Below are positions 1 through 6,878 of a DNA stretch of 62,387 nucleotides, in pieces. The stretch spans positions 62,001-124,387 of IMG/VR virus record IMGVR_UViG_3300032167_000064, one strand, 5' to 3'. This DNA comes from an uncultured virus (IMG/VR IMGVR_UViG_3300032167_000064) (Duplodnaviria; Heunggongvirae; Uroviricota; Caudoviricetes). A model generated the notes under the pieces. It saw only the letters and a program-made list of their open reading frames with translations. It did not search any database and was not told the DNA's origin. A program made the translations under genes and the position numbers. Each line of letters opens with the position of its first letter. Position 1 is the stretch's first letter.

Positions 1-454
1 TGTATTCTGCAATGAATCTATTATAAATGTCTTTATTAAACTCAGCATCTTCATAATGCCACAAGCTTCGTCTTAAATAATCACGGCAATAATCAGCTAA
101 AGAATATGCCGTATGAGTTTTAAAAGACATTCTATGAGCAACTACATACATATGCCTACTTTTATCAATAAGATAGATCATAGCAGCAGTTAATTTGGTT
201 AATTGAAATTTTTCTTTTTCTCCATTTGGATTAGTAATCTGCACACATTCTCTAAAATAATACCAGATATTATGCAAACATTCTAATTTAACTTTATTTC
301 TTGTCAACTCATCAAGATTAGGATCATTTGGATCAACGTTAATCAGTGTATGATCATTTAATCTTAGCATGAAGTCATAATTATTAACTCCATTATTTTT
401 GAGTTGCTCGGATACTCTAAGAAAACTTTCATTAGAAGTTTTAAAATTAACCAT
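1..454 (-). CDS. Terminase large-subunit N-terminal-like protein (phiKZ-type), runs off the window start; Walker A-equivalent looks degenerate
   Basis: Not in the ORF track. Manual translation from ATG 454 (RBS GAAGGAGGTG): MVNFKTSNESFLRVSEQLKNNGVNNYDFMLRLNDHTLINVDPNDPNLDELTRNKVKLECLHNIWYYFRECVQ...VVAHRMSFKT..., open to base 1. The T-N-SFL...VDP-DPNL...EC--N-WY-FRE pattern resembles phiKZ-like terminase N-termini. Confidence 0.6.
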   Translation of the reverse strand, partial: MVNFKTSNESFLRVSEQLKNNGVNNYDFMLRLNDHTLINVDPNDPNLDELTRNKVKLECLHNIWYYFRECVQITNPNGEKEKFQLTKLTAAMIYLIDKSRHMYVVAHRMSFKTHTAYSLADYCRDYLRRSLWHYEDAEFNKDIYNRFIAEY

Positions 455-517
455 AGATAACACCTCCTTCTTTGGTTACTTACTAAGATGTATACAAGAG
501 GTTTCTAATAAGAACTA

Positions 518-528
518 TAATGATTTAG
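518..528 (+). repeat. Cassette-start / putative recombination site TAATGATTTAG, copy 1
   Basis: Identical 11-mer at the start of five tail-fibre-like frames; encodes N-D-L in frame. Confidence 0.85.
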
Positions 529-1181
529 CTGGGTATGGTAATGGTAGCAAAGTAGCAGCTAAAGCTACTAGTGCTACATCAGCAGTATATTCTTCTACTA
601 CTAACTATGCTAAAGCTAGTGCTGGTGCTACTACTGCATCTAAAGCTACATCTGCTACTAGTGCTACTTATTCTAGTACTGCTAATTATGCTAAAGCTAT
701 ACCATCTACGATAACTACTAGATTAACAAATCTTGAAACGTCTTTTCAGGATGGCTGTAATACAATAATGCAGGCAGTTACAGCCAAAGGACAAACTCCT
801 GCATCAAATAGTCCTACTGATATTGCTGCTGCTATAAATGCAATTCCTAATATATCAACAATATATGGAGATATAGTTGCTGGAGTTGGTGGATATAAAT
901 CAACTAAAATAACAGCTGTCAATGCTGCTCATTTTTGTAATCAGGAATATTTATTAAATAGATCTGATGGGCAATGGGATGTATTAAAAGCTGGAACTTA
1001 TAGAGTTGCAATGTATTCACAGAATTCATATGTTTATTTTTCAGTAAATGGTACACAGACAAATTTAAAGTTTGGTCAACAATATATAGACTTTAATTTA
1101 AAGGTAGGAGATATTGTTTGTTTTTATCGAGATATATCTCAAGCAATGTATTGTTGCGGATATATTTGTTATATAGGATAA
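519..1181 (+). CDS. Tail-fibre C-terminal cassette 1 (no own start codon or RBS)
   Basis: Frame begins NDLAGYGNGSKVAAKATSATS at the repeat. Ala/Thr/Ser-rich stalk repeats, then SFQDGC..AVTAKGQTPASNSPTDIAAAI and a beta-rich tip. The ORF-track TTG start at 399 overlaps the opposite-strand gene and has no RBS. Confidence 0.75.
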   Translation, partial: NDLAGYGNGSKVAAKATSATSAVYSSTTNYAKASAGATTASKATSATSATYSSTANYAKAIPSTITTRLTNLETSFQDGCNTIMQAVTAKGQTPASNSPTDIAAAINAIPNISTIYGDIVAGVGGYKSTKITAVNAAHFCNQEYLLNRSDGQWDVLKAGTYRVAMYSQNSYVYFSVNGTQTNLKFGQQYIDFNLKVGDIVCFYRDISQAMYCCGYICYIG

Positions 1182-1217
1182 TAATATCGGTAGTCTGATA
1201 AAGACTACCGATATTAT
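1181..1217. terminator. Bidirectional hairpin terminator between convergent cassettes 1 and 2
   Basis: Perfect 16-bp stem ATAATATCGGTAGTCT / AGACTACCGATATTAT with a 5-nt loop. Confidence 0.8.
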
Positions 1218-1219
1218 AT

Positions 1220-1993
1220 TTATTTTGTTATATAAATCATTCTGAAAGTAAATTCTACATATCCGGTAAAAGTTTCATTACTACCAATTACCATATACTG
1301 GTGATTATAATAACCATCTGCAATAATATGTCTTGTTGTATCTGTTAAATTTCTAGGTCTAAGTATTAATTCGCCTCTTAAATCATAATCAGATTCTCTA
1401 TCCATTGCCCAAGGTAAACTAAATAAGGAAGTGTTTTTAGGTATATCTTGACCAGATCCATATGTTCCAGAACACATAACAACAGCAACTTTACCAAATC
1501 TTTTACAATAATTATCAGCAAGAGTTGCACTCCAAGCAGTACATTGAGACGTTTCTACAGTTATATTTGAACCTTCTGTGATACCAAGATTTAATATATC
1601 CTGTTTTGTTACAGCTGTAGCTCCTGTGATATGACCGAGAGAATTAACAGTTATATTGTATAATCCTTTATTGTAAGCATTATAACTAGGATGAGTATAA
1701 AAATTTGCATCTCCTGAATTTAATTTCTTATTCCAAGGTACAGATATAGCCCAAGATCCACCTGAATTAGTTAAAGCTGTTGTATATATAACAGATCCAT
1801 ATCCTACCCAACCTATTAAATATATAGAAGTGCTTGATGTTTTTCTTGCCAAAATATACATTGTTTCACCACTATAAATTTCAGGTAAACCAAGATTAGT
1901 ACATTTACATACATATGAACCACTATCATTAATCTGACTAATAGATGTAATAGTAGTTATAGTATTATCTTTAGGAGACAAAGCTAAATCATT
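1220..1993 (-). CDS. Tail-fibre C-terminal cassette 2 (no own start)
   Basis: Frame begins NDLALSPKDN at repeat copy 2. Contains YTHPSY...GLYNITVNSLGHITGATAVTKQDI, a motif typical of Firmicute phage fibres. Confidence 0.75.
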   Translation of the reverse strand, partial: NDLALSPKDNTITTITSISQINDSGSYVCKCTNLGLPEIYSGETMYILARKTSSTSIYLIGWVGYGSVIYTTALTNSGGSWAISVPWNKKLNSGDANFYTHPSYNAYNKGLYNITVNSLGHITGATAVTKQDILNLGITEGSNITVETSQCTAWSATLADNYCKRFGKVAVVMCSGTYGSGQDIPKNTSLFSLPWAMDRESDYDLRGELILRPRNLTDTTRHIIADGYYNHQYMVIGSNETFTGYVEFTFRMIYITK

Positions 1994-1994
1994 A
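1984..1994 (-). repeat. Cassette-start site TAATGATTTAG, copy 2
   Basis: CTAAATCATTA on the + strand; 7 nt after the stop codon of cassette 3. Confidence 0.85.
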
Positions 1995-2001
1995 ATAATA
2001 A

Positions 2002-2913
2002 TTATACTTCAATATATACATTTGTTGCAGATAACCAAGCATCCATATCACTTGGATATGTAGATCTAAAACATGAAACTGTAACTTTAAATTCTCCAGT
2101 AGATAATGAAGAAATATCATATGACAATGGTGTAGTTAATGCTTTTTCTGAACTTGATCCAGCAGTATCTTTAAATCCTATATTTCCTAATGTCATATAA
2201 GAATAACTATTATATCCAGCGACAGCAGTTTTATATTTACCATTAACAATTACAAATTTATTAAATTGAGAAATATCAATATTATTAAATGTCCAAGTTA
2301 CATTAGTATGATATCCTCCATTACCGCTATTGCTGGTACTAATAGCATAAAATTGACATATACCATTTACTTGTTTAATAGATTGATTTGCATATCCTGT
2401 TGCACCGTTTTTGGTTTTTGTAACTGTTCCAGATCCAAGTAGATCTGTATTCAATATACCATCTTTAATTAAATATATTCTTGCAGGATATTCTGCAGCT
2501 AATATATCACATATTTCATCAAATGTCATACCTTCTGTTACAAGTCCAGAATATTGCATAGCTTCATATAATTGATCAAGATCAGTTCCTTCTCCAGTAC
2601 CAGATTTAAAAGGGGTTACTGTATCAGCACCACTTGGAATATATCCCCAATTTCCTTTCGAATCTTTTCCAAAAGACAATCCGCTACAATTCTTAGCATA
2701 ATTAGCAGTACTAGAATAAGTAGCACTAGTAGCAGATGTAGCTTTAGCTCCATTCTTAGCATAATTAGCAGTAGAACTATAAGTAGCACTAGTTGCACTA
2801 GTAGCTTTAGATGCAGATCCAGCACTTGTTGCTGTTGTTGCATATCTAGCCGATGTAGCAGATGTAGCTTTAGCTGCTACCTTACTTCCACTACCATATC
2901 CAGCTAAATCATT
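2002..2913 (-). CDS. Tail-fibre C-terminal cassette 3 (no own start)
   Basis: Begins NDLAGYGSGSKVAAKATSATS. Two KATSATSATYSSTANYAKN repeats, then GLSFGKDSKGNWGYIPSGADTVTPFK fibre motif and a beta-rich tip. Confidence 0.78.
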   Translation of the reverse strand, partial: NDLAGYGSGSKVAAKATSATSARYATTATSAGSASKATSATSATYSSTANYAKNGAKATSATSATYSSTANYAKNCSGLSFGKDSKGNWGYIPSGADTVTPFKSGTGEGTDLDQLYEAMQYSGLVTEGMTFDEICDILAAEYPARIYLIKDGILNTDLLGSGTVTKTKNGATGYANQSIKQVNGICQFYAISTSNSGNGGYHTNVTWTFNNIDISQFNKFVIVNGKYKTAVAGYNSYSYMTLGNIGFKDTAGSSSEKALTTPLSYDISSLSTGEFKVTVSCFRSTYPSDMDAWLSATNVYIEV

Positions 2914-2914
2914 A
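2904..2914 (-). repeat. Cassette-start site TAATGATTTAG, copy 3
   Basis: CTAAATCATTA on the + strand; 6 nt after the stop codon of cassette 4. Confidence 0.85.
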
Positions 2915-2920
2915 TTAATA

Positions 2921-3544
2921 TTATCCAATAGCTATATATCCTACTTGTACTGTAATTTTTGTATTTTGCAAATTATGGATACATAAATTGCAATCGGTAT
3001 TATTTAAGTTTGCAATCATTGTTGTTACATAATACCAATTTCCAGATGTACTATAAACAATAGGTATTACCATAGGAGGTAAATAAGGATATGAATTTCT
3101 AAAAGTCACCTTTAAAACACTATCTCCATTTGCAAGTATATCTACTCCTCCAATAAATGAAGATTCGATTCCACAAGAAGTCCATTCATCAGGAAATTGT
3201 AAAAAATCAGATCCATAAGTTCTCTTCCATACAATATTTCCATCATTAGAAAAATATCCTTTATAAAATTTTATATTACTATTATCATTGTTTGTATAAA
3301 ACAAATCAAATGTAGAAAATTGATTAGAACCATATTGAACTTCCGTTGAGTAATTCTTAACAACTCTTACGTTGTAATACCCTGTAATATTTATAGGAAA
3401 ATCGGAAAGGGCATTCCATATAGTTATAATTCCAATAGAACCGTTTTCTAAGCTATTATAAATATCAACTAATTTTACAGAAGATGTATCCAGATTGTAC
3501 TCGTCAAAATATACAACTTTATTATCTACTTTATCTAAATCATT
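2921..3544 (-). CDS. Tail-fibre C-terminal cassette 4 (no own start)
   Basis: Manual translation extends the ORF-track frame (2921..3304) by 80 codons without a stop to repeat copy 4: NDLDKVDNKVVYFDEYNLDTSSVKLVDIYNSLENGSIG...FDLFYTNND. The C-terminus VTFRNSY..PPMVIP...VGYIAIG resembles fibre-tip beta domains. Confidence 0.75.
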   Translation of the reverse strand, partial: NDLDKVDNKVVYFDEYNLDTSSVKLVDIYNSLENGSIGIITIWNALSDFPINITGYYNVRVVKNYSTEVQYGSNQFSTFDLFYTNNDNSNIKFYKGYFSNDGNIVWKRTYGSDFLQFPDEWTSCGIESSFIGGVDILANGDSVLKVTFRNSYPYLPPMVIPIVYSTSGNWYYVTTMIANLNNTDCNLCIHNLQNTKITVQVGYIAIG

Positions 3545-3545
3545 A
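3535..3545 (-). repeat. Cassette-start site TAATGATTTAG, copy 4
   Basis: Back-to-back with copy 5, separated by 10 nt (ATATTATTAA). Confidence 0.85.
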
Positions 3546-3555
3546 ATATTATTAA

Positions 3556-3566
3556 TAATGATTTAG
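3556..3566 (+). repeat. Cassette-start site TAATGATTTAG, copy 5
   Basis: Identical 11-mer, divergent from copy 4. Confidence 0.85.
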
Positions 3567-4225
3567 CTGGTTATGGTAGTGGTACTAAAGTAGCAGCTAA
3601 AGCTACTAGTGCTACAAGTGCTAGATATAGTAGCACTTCTAACTATGCTAAAGCAATACCATCTACTGTAGCTAGTAGAATTACTACATTAGAATCATCA
3701 TTAGCTAATAAAGTAAGTATTGGAAGTCAACCAAATTTTCCTGGTGTAACTATTGGATCGTCTGATAGTATGTCATATATTTATACAGAAAATGGTGATA
3801 TTAATTTTAGATATCAACTAACCGGAAAAGAAACAAATTATATATCTATTTCTAATCTTCATGATCAATGTATCAATGGATTTAAATCATATAATACATA
3901 TTGGGGAAATGTAAATACATCTTTTACAGATGTAAATAATATTTATATAAATGGTATAGGTAATACTGTTGGAGGACAATATACAAATTTACCTTTAGAT
4001 ACAGATGGTTGGGGTACATTAATTAATTTTGTATGTGATGTTACTATAATTCAATATTATTTTGGATGGAATTCTGGACATTTATGGTATAGAATGCATT
4101 ATAATAATTATGCATGGGTAGATTGGTGTGATATAACAAGTATTTCAAATAGACTTGATAATCTTGAAAATAAGTTTAATAATTTATTTTCACAGAGTGG
4201 TACCACTCTTAATATTACCTATTAA
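3557..4225 (+). CDS. Tail-fibre C-terminal cassette 5 (no own start), knob-like domain
   Basis: Manual translation NDLAGYGSGTKVAAKATSATSARYSSTSNYAKAIPSTVASRITTLE... is in frame (71 codons upstream) with the ORF-track 3770..4225. NLP..GWGTL..F...QYYF.....LWYR...W..W resembles pyocin-knob-type fibre domains; ends FSQSGTTLNITY. Confidence 0.75.
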   Translation, partial: NDLAGYGSGTKVAAKATSATSARYSSTSNYAKAIPSTVASRITTLESSLANKVSIGSQPNFPGVTIGSSDSMSYIYTENGDINFRYQLTGKETNYISISNLHDQCINGFKSYNTYWGNVNTSFTDVNNIYINGIGNTVGGQYTNLPLDTDGWGTLINFVCDVTIIQYYFGWNSGHLWYRMHYNNYAWVDWCDITSISNRLDNLENKFNNLFSQSGTTLNITY

Positions 4226-4245
4226 ATAAGGAGGTATTTATTATT

Positions 4246-4761
4246 ATGAGTATTAAATTTAATAATACAGAAATACCTTCTACTGGTGTTATAAGATTTA
4301 ATGGAACTAAACTTGACACAGTTATATCTAATAATGTTACTGTATGGGGAGGCAGTACTCCATATACTATTACAGATTTTACAAAATATGATTGGCGTTA
4401 TTCTTATCAAGATGGTAGTGTTAATGAGTATAAAATATCACAAAATCTACTTAAGGTACAAGCAAAGAAAGATCCAAATAGTGGAGCTTTTGGTCAAACT
4501 AAATTAACTGCAACTTTACCAACAGGTGGATGTAATAAGATGAAAGTTGAATACTATGCATATGATGGATTTTCATCTTTTCAAGCAGTAACTGCATCTT
4601 TTGGTATATATAATACAGACTCTATATATCAAGCTGAAAGAAGAACTATCGTTTTTGATATATCTGGAGATACTATAAATTTTCAAATGTATGCTACAGA
4701 TGCAACAGAATATTTTACAGCAGTTCTTGAAATATATTCTATAGAATTTTATAATGAATAG
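4246..4761 (+). CDS. Probable fibre-tip-associated protein (adhesin-like partner of cassette 5)
   Basis: Own RBS AAGGAGGT; beta-rich 171 aa with N-terminal IKFNNTEI...IRFNGTKLDTVISNNVTVW; directly follows cassette 5. Confidence 0.5.
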   Translation: MSIKFNNTEIPSTGVIRFNGTKLDTVISNNVTVWGGSTPYTITDFTKYDWRYSYQDGSVNEYKISQNLLKVQAKKDPNSGAFGQTKLTATLPTGGCNKMKVEYYAYDGFSSFQAVTASFGIYNTDSIYQAERRTIVFDISGDTINFQMYATDATEYFTAVLEIYSIEFYNE

Positions 4762-4813
4762 ATAATAAATAGTATATTATACCAAAATTTATTGCTGATT
4801 ATATCAAATAAAT

Positions 4814-4844
4814 ATCCCAGTAGACTATAATAGTCTACTGGGAT
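4814..4844. terminator. Bidirectional hairpin terminator
   Basis: 14-bp stem ATCCCAGTAGACTA / TAGTCTACTGGGAT between convergent genes. Confidence 0.75.
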
Positions 4845-5077
4845 TTATTATCACTAATTAACCAAAATAGTATAGATCCTATTACAATAGATATAAATCC
4901 AGATCGATATAACCAATTATTAGCAAGCATATCTATTAAAAATAGTAATGAAAAAGTGTCTTTCTTAAAATCTACAATATTAAGATATAATGTATATCCA
5001 ATACATATTGTAAATCCAAGCAAAACTAATATTATGCTAATTTTCATTATTGTTTCTTGTAACTTATTTTTCTTCAT
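4835..5077 (-). CDS. Small membrane protein (2 predicted TM segments)
   Basis: ATG at 5077 with RBS GGAGGT; two hydrophobic stretches. Confidence 0.6.
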   Translation of the reverse strand: MKKNKLQETIMKISIILVLLGFTICIGYTLYLNIVDFKKDTFSLLFLIDMLANNWLYRSGFISIVIGSILFWLISDNKSQ

Positions 5078-5126
5078 AATTGCCACCTCCGATTTATATA
5101 ATTGTATTATATATCATACTGAACAA

Positions 5127-5157
5127 ATCCTCTAGGGTTTTATTAACCCTAGAGGAT
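5127..5157 (-). terminator. Hairpin terminator downstream of the tRNA pair
   Basis: 13-bp stem ATCCTCTAGGGTT / AACCCTAGAGGAT. Confidence 0.7.
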
Positions 5158-5206
5158 CGTTCAAATATATTTGAGTTCTTATGGAATTCCAAAGTATCAT
5201 CTTTGC

Positions 5207-5283
5207 TAACGATGACGGGATTTGAACCCGTGACCACCGGATGTGCACTTTCCGGTTGCTCTACCGAACTAAGCTACATCAAA
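5207..5283 (-). ncRNA. Atypical tRNA-like RNA / pseudo-tRNA (undetermined anticodon)
   Basis: Canonical D arm (GCTT-AGTTCGGTA-GAGC) and T arm (ACGGG-TTCAAAT-CCCGT), but a 6-bp anticodon stem with a 9-nt loop AAGTGCACA and an acceptor stem with mismatches. Confidence 0.65.
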
Positions 5284-5289
5284 AGCAAA

Positions 5290-5362
5290 CTCCCCGAGTA
5301 GGACTCGAACCTACGACACCCTGATTAACAGTCAGATGCTCTACCGACTGAGCTATCGAGGA
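5290..5362 (-). tRNA. tRNA-Asn(GTT), CCA not encoded
   Basis: TCCTCGATAGCTCAGTCGGTAGAGCATCTGACTGTTAATCAGGGTGTCGTAGGTTCGAGTCCTACTCGGGGAG folds as a canonical cloverleaf with anticodon GTT. Confidence 0.93.
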
Positions 5363-5413
5363 ATAATCTATACTCTTATGTTGGTTATGAATTGTAAAAA
5401 TGTTGATTTTCAA

Positions 5414-5425
5414 TTATATATTATA
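5414..5425 (+). promoter_or_regulatory. Putative early phage promoter motif TYATATAWTATA (representative copy)
   Basis: Recurs intergenically upstream of genes at 5414, 13512, 21066, 32537, 34279, 41495, 43400, 46838 and 49325, with variants at 26577 and 30737. Confidence 0.65.
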
Positions 5426-5475
5426 ATTATGATAGATGTAATCAATATTACTAAAGCTAAAAGGAGGTAAAGTCT

Positions 5476-6024
5476 ATGAAAACACTATCGAACAAGCAGC
5501 TTGAGGAAATGGAACCTAAAATTGTCGAAGAGCTCACCAAAGCTAAAGGCAAGGATGCTGTAAAACAGGTTGCTAATAAGCTTAAGATTGATCAAGATCT
5601 GGTTAGACACATTTATAATACCAGAAAAATTGGTCAAAAGAAAATCAAAGTAGCACCAATTTCATCTATTGTTCAAATTTCTTCTCCAACTAATTTGAAT
5701 CCAATTGTGAACGTTGCTGAATTATTACCTAATCCTGAACTTCAAAGTAAAGTATCTGGGAATTTATCAGAAGATACTAATAACGTTGAAGTAAAGGGAG
5801 GAGGTAAAGGTAAACGACTTAGCGATGATATTAAGATCGCTGTAGCAATGGATCTTGAGACAGGAAAATATACTTATTCTCAGCTTTGTGAAAAGTATCA
5901 TATTTCATATGCATCTGTAGCAAGAATAAAGAAAGAAATCATAGGAGGAGGATACGATTTGAGAAAACAACAACATGGAAAAAGAGATCTGGTGGTAAAA
6001 GAACAACATCTCCAAAGTCGATGA
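5476..6024 (+). CDS. Helix-turn-helix DNA-binding protein
   Basis: RBS AAGGAGGT; RLSDDIKIAVAMDLETGKYTYSQLCEKYHISYASVARIKKE is HTH-like. Confidence 0.6.
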   Translation: MKTLSNKQLEEMEPKIVEELTKAKGKDAVKQVANKLKIDQDLVRHIYNTRKIGQKKIKVAPISSIVQISSPTNLNPIVNVAELLPNPELQSKVSGNLSEDTNNVEVKGGGKGKRLSDDIKIAVAMDLETGKYTYSQLCEKYHISYASVARIKKEIIGGGYDLRKQQHGKRDLVVKEQHLQSR

Positions 6025-6818
6025 ACAAATATCAGGTAAGAAAGTCGATTGAGGAGTTGCAGGCAGAATATGTCAAGAAATCTGAAGAAGAAGTTGCACC
6101 TAACAATGAGAAAGAACAAAATATTGCAACTATATCGGATAGTCTTAAGACTGCTTTTAGTACAACATTCAAAATTGAAGAAGTAAAAGAAACAGCTGTT
6201 AAAGTTGGTCTTTGTGCTGATCGTCATGAAATGAATGTGGATAAATTTATATTTGGAACGCTTAACGAAAGTGAGATGTTCAATTATCCTTTATTGTACA
6301 ATAAAGCAATGGCATTTATAGCAGATAATTGCCCTGATAAAATTCTTCATTTATATTGCACTGGTATTCAGTGTGCTTTAGCTGCTGTAATTAAAGCTTG
6401 TCATGATTCGAAATGCACATTGAGCTTATTTCATTACAATGCATCAAATTCTACATATATGCGTCAGGATATGTGGAAGTATACAGATACTTTTGTCGAT
6501 GAATTAACTGCAGCATATGCTGATATTTTGAGAAAAGGTCCTGTATATACATTTAACGCTCAGAGAATCAATCAGGAAGAATTTTTCACAATTAGTATCA
6601 ATGAAATAAATAGAGAATCTGATGGATTTGCTAATCAGGTATATGTAATCTGCAGTTCTATAGAGGATGCGTTTAAACTCTATGCTGATTATGTAAAATA
6701 TAGCACATCAGAGGAAGGCAGCAAACAGAAAAAAGCTATCTTCTTGACAAGATGTAAAGTTGAAAAAGGAAAGTTCTTGTGGGATGCAAATATCTGCAAG
6801 TCTTTCAATTACAAGTAA
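6021..6818 (+). CDS. Hypothetical protein with a conserved phage alpha/beta domain (GLC..RHEM / LY-TG / L-HY)
   Basis: ATGA overlap with the upstream gene; 265-aa ORF followed by a terminator. Confidence 0.6.
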   Translation: MNKYQVRKSIEELQAEYVKKSEEEVAPNNEKEQNIATISDSLKTAFSTTFKIEEVKETAVKVGLCADRHEMNVDKFIFGTLNESEMFNYPLLYNKAMAFIADNCPDKILHLYCTGIQCALAAVIKACHDSKCTLSLFHYNASNSTYMRQDMWKYTDTFVDELTAAYADILRKGPVYTFNAQRINQEEFFTISINEINRESDGFANQVYVICSSIEDAFKLYADYVKYSTSEEGSKQKKAIFLTRCKVEKGKFLWDANICKSFNYK

Positions 6819-6829
6819 TATAATTTAGG

Positions 6830-6862
6830 CTCGGGGTGAAAATCACCCCGAGTTTATTTTTT
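6830..6862 (+). terminator. Rho-independent terminator
   Basis: CTCGGGGTGA-AAA-TCACCCCGAG followed by a T tract. Confidence 0.8.
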
Positions 6863-6878
6863 CTTTGGAGGTATTAAA

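Noticed and set aside
399..518. ORF-track N-terminus (TTG 399) of the 260-aa ORF as a real gene start
   Set aside because: No RBS, it overlaps the RBS and start of the minus-strand gene at 454, and similarity to the other cassettes begins exactly at the N-D-L site.
520..528. ATG-ATT-TAG mini-ORF inside each repeat
   Set aside because: Out of frame with the cassettes and without a consistent RBS; an incidental property of the site.
2572..2907. Ser-rich + strand ORF and the overlapping 75-aa ORF
   Set aside because: Shadow frames of the Ala/Thr/Ser repeat in cassette 3.
518..3566. CRISPR array or DGR explanation for the repeats
   Set aside because: Repeats are 11-13 bp, in both orientations, and separated by 0.6-1.5 kb coding segments. 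There is no reverse transcriptase and no adenine-specific TR/VR pair.
5080..5301. 73-aa ORF
   Set aside because: Antisense to the tRNA genes and terminator.
5892..6024. Possible -1 frameshift fusing the HTH gene to the 6021 gene (second frame is open from 5892)
   Set aside because: No canonical slippery heptamer seen, and the ATGA stop/start overlap is adequately explained by translational coupling; an indel cannot be excluded without homologues.
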